Shown one piece after another: positions 58,680 through 64,000 of a stretch of 64,000 nt of DNA. Under the pieces are notes generated by a model, which had not been told where the DNA came from, did not search any database, and saw only the letters and a list, made by a program, of their open reading frames with translations. The translations under genes were made by a program, and so were the position numbers. Source of the stretch: Actinomycetota bacterium. Its GTDB lineage: Bacteria; Actinomycetota; Acidimicrobiia; IMCC26256; PALSA-555. The stretch lies in contig PLJD01000096.1 of the NCBI GenBank assembly GCA_003140175.1, forward strand, positions 16,324 to 80,323. Direction: 5' to 3'. Each line of letters opens with the position of its first letter. Position 1 is the first letter of the stretch.

Positions 58680-58849
58680 GCGAGGCTTTGGCCCGGTACT
58701 CGTCAAGAGCGTGCTCAGGGATGTGAGCAATCCCATTGATCATCACCTAGCGAACCTTGCGCTCGTAGACCAGACCCAGGATCTCTTTGGTCGGCATGTC
58801 GAGCCAGCGAACAGCTCCAGATGCTCGCAGGCTCTCAACTGCCGCGCAT
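58680..58849 (-). pseudogene. Small excisionase-like HTH protein, disrupted
   Basis: LRASGAVRWLDMPTKEILGLVYERKVR*VMINGIAHIPEHALDEYRA; internal TAG and an out-of-frame ATG. Confidence 0.55.
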
Positions 58850-58875
58850 AGGTCATTCCTGTCGCGGGTCCGCGA

Positions 58876-59139
58876 CTACGCGGCCACGCTGTACCGCATC
58901 CAGGGGATACGAGCCGGATCGATGTGGCTCAGAAAGTCGACGATGTCCCGATGTCCCCAGTAGGTCGGCACGCCCCGCGCGTCTTGCGCCATCAGCACGA
59001 TCGGCATCAGACCCAAAGCCTGCTGCCCGAAGGTCACCATGTTGGTGCGATCGCTAGAGCTGTTCAGGACGGAGGGTTTGCATACGACGATCCCAAACGT
59101 CACGCCCTGTTCTTTGATGACGGCGCCCTCGAAATGCAT
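58876..59139 (-). CDS. Small hypothetical protein
   Basis: MHFEGAVIKEQGVTFGIVV...PIVLMAQD.RG.PTYWG.RDIV.FL..I....IPW; AAGGAG RBS. Confidence 0.8.
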   Translation of the reverse strand: MHFEGAVIKEQGVTFGIVVCKPSVLNSSSDRTNMVTFGQQALGLMPIVLMAQDARGVPTYWGHRDIVDFLSHIDPARIPWMRYSVAA

Positions 59140-59264
59140 CCAAGTCTCCTTTGCCTTGAGTTCGAGCCTTACGAGTATCCAGCCCAGGTGCGACGTCCCG
59201 AGGTGACCAGGCCTTGAACGGGAGCGGCCGGCTGTCCGATATCGGCCCTTGTCTCGTTGGCTCC

Positions 59265-59543
59265 CTAGTACGTCGGAAGACTCAGGAGGTCGTTGCTGGG
59301 GTTGCCGTCCCGGTGGGTACGCAGGTACGGCTCTCCGACACGGGGACGGACGACTTGGACGATGGCGGGACCTTGTTCGCCGGCTACCTGAAGGGTGTTG
59401 CCATCGTCGATGAACTTGACCATCGTGGCCCGCGGGGCGCTCTTGCTCACGCCGTTGCGACAATCCACCCAACGCACACTGGCGATGTTCTCGTGCTGAC
59501 GGGTCCCGTTGAACTGCACCGCCGTGATGAAAATCACCTTCAC
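59265..59543 (-). CDS. DUF3892 family protein
   Basis: ITAV...HENI..VRW...YLRT..DG...NDLLSLP. Confidence 0.85.
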   Translation of the reverse strand: MKVIFITAVQFNGTRQHENIASVRWVDCRNGVSKSAPRATMVKFIDDGNTLQVAGEQGPAIVQVVRPRVGEPYLRTHRDGNPSNDLLSLPTY

Positions 59544-59579
59544 CGTCCCTGGGCCTAAGGGCTTTTCGTGCCAGATCTG

Positions 59580-59620
59580 TTGATGTACGCCAGAGTATCT
59601 ATTAGCCTAGAGGACGTCAA
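59580..59620. promoter_or_regulatory. Overlapping divergent sigma70 promoters
   Basis: + strand TTGATG(59580)-N17-TAGCCT; - strand TTGACG(59620)-N17-TACTCT. Confidence 0.65.
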
Positions 59621-59642
59621 GTGTTCTTGCACCGAGGGAGAC

Positions 59643-61172
59643 ATGAGACTTGGCGGCGTCGCCGAAGTGGCCGGGGAGTTAGGCGTTAGTCGCCAACGGG
59701 CCTCGCAATTGCGTGGCGTCACCGGGTTCCCGGCGCCCGTCGGCACCATTGCGGCAGGCCCAATCTGGGATCTTGACGGCGTGGCCAGTTGGGCGACCTC
59801 TGCGCTGCGCCGCCGCGGTGGGCGGCCCAGCAAGGCGACGAAGCGCCGAGTTTTCGATGGTCGGTTCGCACTCGAGGAGCCTGCGATAGGGGCGGGAGGC
59901 TTCGCAGACGTCTACCGAGCGCTGGATCTCGAGGTCTCTTCGTCCACCGAGGACCCTGTCGTCGCGGTCAAAGTCTTGCGTGAACTCCGTGAAGAAGAAG
60001 TCCGGCGTCGCTTCACGCGAGAGCTACGAATCGTGTCGTCGCTGTCGCACCCCGGCGTAGTCCGCATCCTCGCCAGCGGTGAAGACGACGAGGGGCACCT
60101 TTGGTACGCGATGCCTCTAGCCAAGAGCAGCCTGGCGGACGAGTTACCGCAATTCGTCGGCAAAGAAAAGCAGATCGTCGAACTGATGCGACAGCTCTGT
60201 GAGGCACTCGGGTACGTGCACGAAGAAGGGGTGTTCCACCGCGATATCAAGCCCGCCAACATTCTGCGAACCCGCTCGGGCAACTGGGCACTCACCGACT
60301 TTGGCCTCGCGCGAGAAGCAGAGCGCACCACAACAGCACTCACGTCAACGCACCAAGGGGTGGGCACATGGGTTTACGCCTCACCCGAAACATGGCAGGG
60401 GGCCATAGGCGCTGAGGCACCGGCCGACGTGTACAGCCTCGGCAAGGTGCTGCAAGAGCTGATCACTGGGTCGATGCCTGTGTCGCCTGAGCCGCCTTCC
60501 GGAGTCTTTGCGCCCGTCATCCGGCGGGCAACCAGAGCCGATGCGCAACAGCGATACCAGGCCGCTTCTGAGTTTCTCCAGGCGGTCGAAAGAGCGGCGG
60601 CAGCACCCACCAAGCGTTGGGAGGCTCCGGACGAGGTGGAGGACCGGCTCCGGGACGCGATACGAGGTGGAGAGCCCGACGACGCCTCCCTATCTGAGCT
60701 GATCCAGATCGGACTGGCCAACATTCGAGCCGTCCGAATGGTCGTTCCTCACCTGTCCGCAGTGGGCTGTGAACGGCTGTGGAGCCGCGATCCGGACGGT
60801 TTTCGGGGTCTTGTGGAGCGCTACGCAGCTCACGCCTCGGACGCACCCTGGCCCTTCGAGTTTTGTGATGTGATCGCAGACTTCTGCGATCGAGCAGTGC
60901 GCATAACGGGCGACCCTGATGTGCTTCGCGCCTCCATTGGTTGCCTCGCCGAGATGGGGGCAGATCACAATCGGTGGCACGTTCAGGACGTCTGCGTCGT
61001 GCTACTACAGCGAGTGCGAGAGACTCCCGACGCTCTCGCAGCTCTCGAAGGTCTCCGTGATGCCGCCCCGTCAGCAGTCAGATGGACGCTCAGCGACTTT
61101 GCCGTTCGTTCGCTTCATCCCGTATTACGTCAAGGCATCGAGAACGAGATCTTGTTGCAACTATCTGATTAG
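59643..61172 (+). CDS. AlpA-like HTH fused to a Hanks-type Ser/Thr kinase with a helical C-terminal domain
   Basis: GVAEVAGELGVSRQR...FPAP...GPIW; GAGGFADV, VAVK, HRDIKPAN, DFGL, ASPE, DVYSLG; GAGGGAG RBS. Confidence 0.9.
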   Translation: MRLGGVAEVAGELGVSRQRASQLRGVTGFPAPVGTIAAGPIWDLDGVASWATSALRRRGGRPSKATKRRVFDGRFALEEPAIGAGGFADVYRALDLEVSSSTEDPVVAVKVLRELREEEVRRRFTRELRIVSSLSHPGVVRILASGEDDEGHLWYAMPLAKSSLADELPQFVGKEKQIVELMRQLCEALGYVHEEGVFHRDIKPANILRTRSGNWALTDFGLAREAERTTTALTSTHQGVGTWVYASPETWQGAIGAEAPADVYSLGKVLQELITGSMPVSPEPPSGVFAPVIRRATRADAQQRYQAASEFLQAVERAAAAPTKRWEAPDEVEDRLRDAIRGGEPDDASLSELIQIGLANIRAVRMVVPHLSAVGCERLWSRDPDGFRGLVERYAAHASDAPWPFEFCDVIADFCDRAVRITGDPDVLRASIGCLAEMGADHNRWHVQDVCVVLLQRVRETPDALAALEGLRDAAPSAVRWTLSDFAVRSLHPVLRQGIENEILLQLSD

Positions 61173-61559
61173 TTCTATCGCGCCACAACGCTGCGCAGAA
61201 CGGGCCAGACGCGCCGGTGCCAGCCCAGTGCGGCCAATACCACTCTCTCCATTCCAGGCGACGTCGTAACTCCCCCAACCTGGCAGAATCGCACCAATGC
61301 TCGTGATGATGGGAAGTCGTGGCGACTCACCCTCCGCGAACAATTTTGAGCGCTCGTGCCAGTTGCTCGAATTCAGCCGCCTGAGCCGTCGAGCTGATAC
61401 GCGATCGGATAGTGCGCACGAGTTCCAAATCGGCCTCGGTCCCTTCTTTCTTGACCAGGTCGCGATTGTTCAGCGGCCGCTGCGTATTGGTATCGGTGGT
61501 CATGACCCCCTCCTCTGCCATCGCCTCTAGCATCGGAACTCAAAATGGAGGGATGACTG

Positions 61560-61856
61560 ATGACATGGATCTCGACGACTGATCCGGGTAATGACGCAGA
61601 TCGGATGCTCCTAAATCTGAGCTTCGTCAGTCAGATTCGTGTAGAGGAAGACCGCGACCTTGGGCGCTTCCAGCTCGTTGCGCTTCCCTTTCAGCCGATA
61701 GTTGGACCGAGCGCAGCTGCCTGGCAGCCTGCTGTGCTCGCCACGTTCACCAGAAGGGGTGACGCCGACGGGGCGTTGAATACCCTCATCGAGAGCCTGT
61801 CGGCGGTCGATGCCGTCATCCGGCTTGAGCCGGGTGACAGCGCCACGCTCGCCTAG
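61560..61856 (+). CDS. Hypothetical protein
   Basis: GGAGGG RBS; protein-like 98-aa ORF. Confidence 0.6.
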   Translation: MTWISTTDPGNDADRMLLNLSFVSQIRVEEDRDLGRFQLVALPFQPIVGPSAAAWQPAVLATFTRRGDADGALNTLIESLSAVDAVIRLEPGDSATLA

Positions 61857-61900
61857 CCGAAAGACTCACTCGTTGCCCTCGGCGGCGGAGGGGATGCCCG

Positions 61901-62725
61901 GTGCCTCAATCTGGTCGGCTTGCTGGATGTTGGGCAAAGCTGGAACGGGCCAAACACCATCTGGACGATCTCTACGTCGAGATCCTTGAGTGGGGGGTCG
62001 GAGATGCGACGGATGTACCACCACCGGTCGGCAAGCGCTACGACGCGAACGAAGGCTGTTTCATTTACTTCAATACCGAAGTCACCGACACCCCCACTAG
62101 CTGGAGTTTGATCGCCGGGGACGCGATCAACAACCTGCGCGGCGCGCTCGACCATCTCGCGTGGGTTCTGAGCGACTTCGGGGCGCACACCAACAACAAG
62201 GATCACGTATCGTTCCCCATCTGCTGGGAGCCGAATAGAGCTGACGCTGATATTGGGCGACGCATCCCCGGCATCGACACGACTCACAAGGCAATCATCA
62301 AGAGATATCAGCCGTGTACGCGTACGGGGCCGCTCCGTAAGGCACATCCGTTCGGCATTCTTCAAACCCTCTCCAATGACGACAAGCACCGAAAACTGCT
62401 GATACTCCCAGGCCGGAACTACCAGTGCTTCGTCAAGCTCCCCAGTGAGTACCCCGACTTCAACGTCACACACACGGCCGTGCGGTCCCCCACTGGCCAG
62501 CCCCCCTCCGGCGGGAAGATCGAAGGTGCTGACTTCACACCGGGCGCAGAGCTTTTGAAGATCTGTGGTGAGCCCATTCCGGGGAGAGACCCGGATGTGA
62601 AAGTGGAATGGACATGCAGGGGCACGGTCGTGTTCGCCGAGACCGATCGAGGGGTTGATACCACGCTCAACGAGATCGCGGCGCTCGCCACCCAACTCCT
62701 GAACGAGTTCGACACCCTTGTCTAG
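61901..62725 (+). CDS. Hypothetical protein, HEPN-like
   Basis: KLERAKHHL, GDAINNLRGALDHL, FPI, LSNDDKHR. Confidence 0.7.
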   Translation: MPQSGRLAGCWAKLERAKHHLDDLYVEILEWGVGDATDVPPPVGKRYDANEGCFIYFNTEVTDTPTSWSLIAGDAINNLRGALDHLAWVLSDFGAHTNNKDHVSFPICWEPNRADADIGRRIPGIDTTHKAIIKRYQPCTRTGPLRKAHPFGILQTLSNDDKHRKLLILPGRNYQCFVKLPSEYPDFNVTHTAVRSPTGQPPSGGKIEGADFTPGAELLKICGEPIPGRDPDVKVEWTCRGTVVFAETDRGVDTTLNEIAALATQLLNEFDTLV

Positions 62726-63054
62726 CCGCTCACAGCGCGTCGCCAGCGGCGGATACTCTCGCGGCATGAGGCCCCGAGTGATCGACCCAAAGAGCTTCCT
62801 GCCCACAGCGTGGCGGATCGCCTACGACCTGTTGCTCAACAAGGCGGACTACCCGCGGCTTGCTTCCCGCGTCACCCAGTCGGGCCCTGCGGTCAGCGCC
62901 GTGCTCATGAACGACGGCCTGCTCTAGCCGCCAACCCGACCAACGATCTGACGTACACCCCGACGACCCGCACCCCGATACGTCGGGGCGCCACCGCCGC
63001 GAGTTTCGACAAACGCTCCTCGGGATCGTCGTGCGTTCTCATCGACCAGCGACT

Positions 63055-63247
63055 TGCGTCGCGGAGGTTGGCTAGCCATTGCTGCAGGTCCGTGTCTCGG
63101 GTGCGGACCGTGTCCGTTGGGAAACCTCTTGGCCGGCGGCGCTAGCCCGATAACCCGCCCCCTGCCATACATGCTCCGGGCTATTTCCAACTCCTCACAG
63201 ACCTGAGCGACCGCAAGTCAGGGCAACGGCTTGCGGTTCGACTTCAT
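63055..63247 (-). pseudogene. Decayed excisionase-type HTH gene
   Basis: MKSNRKPLP*LAVAQVCEELEIARS...APPAKRFPNG, then after a frameshift TVRTRDTDLQQWL. Confidence 0.6.
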
Positions 63248-63470
63248 CGGGTCGTCTTGTCGAGGGTCTCGTCTCAGCGACATGGCGCCGCTCCCTGGTG
63301 CCTCATCGCGCGCTCAGGACTGCCGGTTTGAACCGACCGTAAACCCCGCGACTCACGAGCCCGCTGGCATGTTTCCGGCTGCCAAGGTGAGCGCATGACG
63401 ACTTCGAGCTCCAGCGGCGCGGTCTCGAGGATGAAACGGCCCTTTTTGCCAGCGACGCTCCGAGACAGTG

Positions 63471-63560
63471 GCGCGAAGATTCCGCGCTGATATTCCGCGA
63501 GCCATCTGTCCGGCGGGTCATTGAAAGGTGGTGGCGCCACGCTTCGAGCCCAAAGCGCTC
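63471..63560 (+). repeat. Third, degenerate copy of the operator plus 5' end of the XRE gene
   Basis: gcgcgaagattccgcg...tattccgc...ggtggtggc.ccacgcttcg..cccaaagcgct aligns with 52843-52934. Confidence 0.75.
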
Positions 63561-64000
63561 GCCGTCAAGACGCACTCGCGCCGCGTGTTCAACGGCATGG
63601 CTGCGTGGTACTGATACCAGACACAACGACAGCGCCCGCTGGGGACGCCGTCGTGTAGTTGCGAACATCATGGTTAGAGGGCGTCAGGCTCCCTGCCGAT
63701 CAGGACGCCGTTGAGCACGCCAACCGGCTCGATGGGCACTTGGGCTTGGTGGAGCCGGAAAGCCCGTCGCTGGTGCACCCACCGGGCGGGGCACCTGCCG
63801 GATCTCATGATGGGTTGGTGACACTTTTGGCAAACCACCTGTGTTCTCATCGGTGAGGCCTTTCGTTTGTAGTAGGTAGCACTCACCGTGCCGGCCGATT
63901 CAATGGACGCAACGGGCTCGCCACGTGTGGCTTCCAAGGAGCGGTCGGTGCCCTCGCATCCGCAACCGCCCTCCAGCTGGACCACTGGTAGCAACGACAA

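Larger units (their letters stand above)
45373..64000. mobile_element. Integrative genomic island (right end not in window)
   Basis: att-like gene fragment, xis plus integrase, visibly more A/T-rich codons, many ORFans and relics. Confidence 0.8.

Noticed and set aside
61327-61533. 68-aa minus-strand ORF (also 62718-62927 and 63674-64000)
   Set aside because: No recognisable motif; coding status cannot be supported.
1-64000. CRISPR array, rRNA or full tRNA genes
   Set aside because: None seen by eye; covariance-model scans were not run.

Overview
High-GC actinobacterial DNA; gene content and order (whiB1/pdtaS, ArsA pair/DUF3107, System I ccm cluster) suggest Acidimicrobiia. Bases 1-45290 are mostly chromosomal backbone: dapA 5' end, UdgB, an Fe-S module (Mrp, SufR-like regulator, cysteine desulfurase, NfuA), an ATP-grasp plus CCAEP-tail radical SAM pair, aconitase, a complete ccmABCDEFGH(I) cluster, a sortase and acyl-CoA carboxylase genes. 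At about 29.6-35.1 kb sits the most interesting locus. It contains an unannotated 29-aa signal-peptide-like ORF, a membrane-sensor protein with a catalytically degenerate HD-GYP domain, a DUF5317 membrane protein with an LspA-like Asp pattern, a conserved KQVVRDIQS protein, and a ZAS-fused ECF sigma factor coupled to a polytopic membrane protein. Together these form a candidate peptide-signalling system. From about 45.3 kb to the end is an integrative island whose left boundary is the displaced 3' end of an acyl-CoA dehydrogenase gene. It carries an AlpA-like xis and a divergent tyrosine integrase, an MTase-Mrr fusion beside an IS1595 relic, a triplicated XRE-regulator cassette with a palindromic operator, secreted cargo proteins, an HTH-Ser/Thr kinase/DUF3892 divergon and several decayed genes. 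All calls come from reading motifs by eye; no database searches were run.
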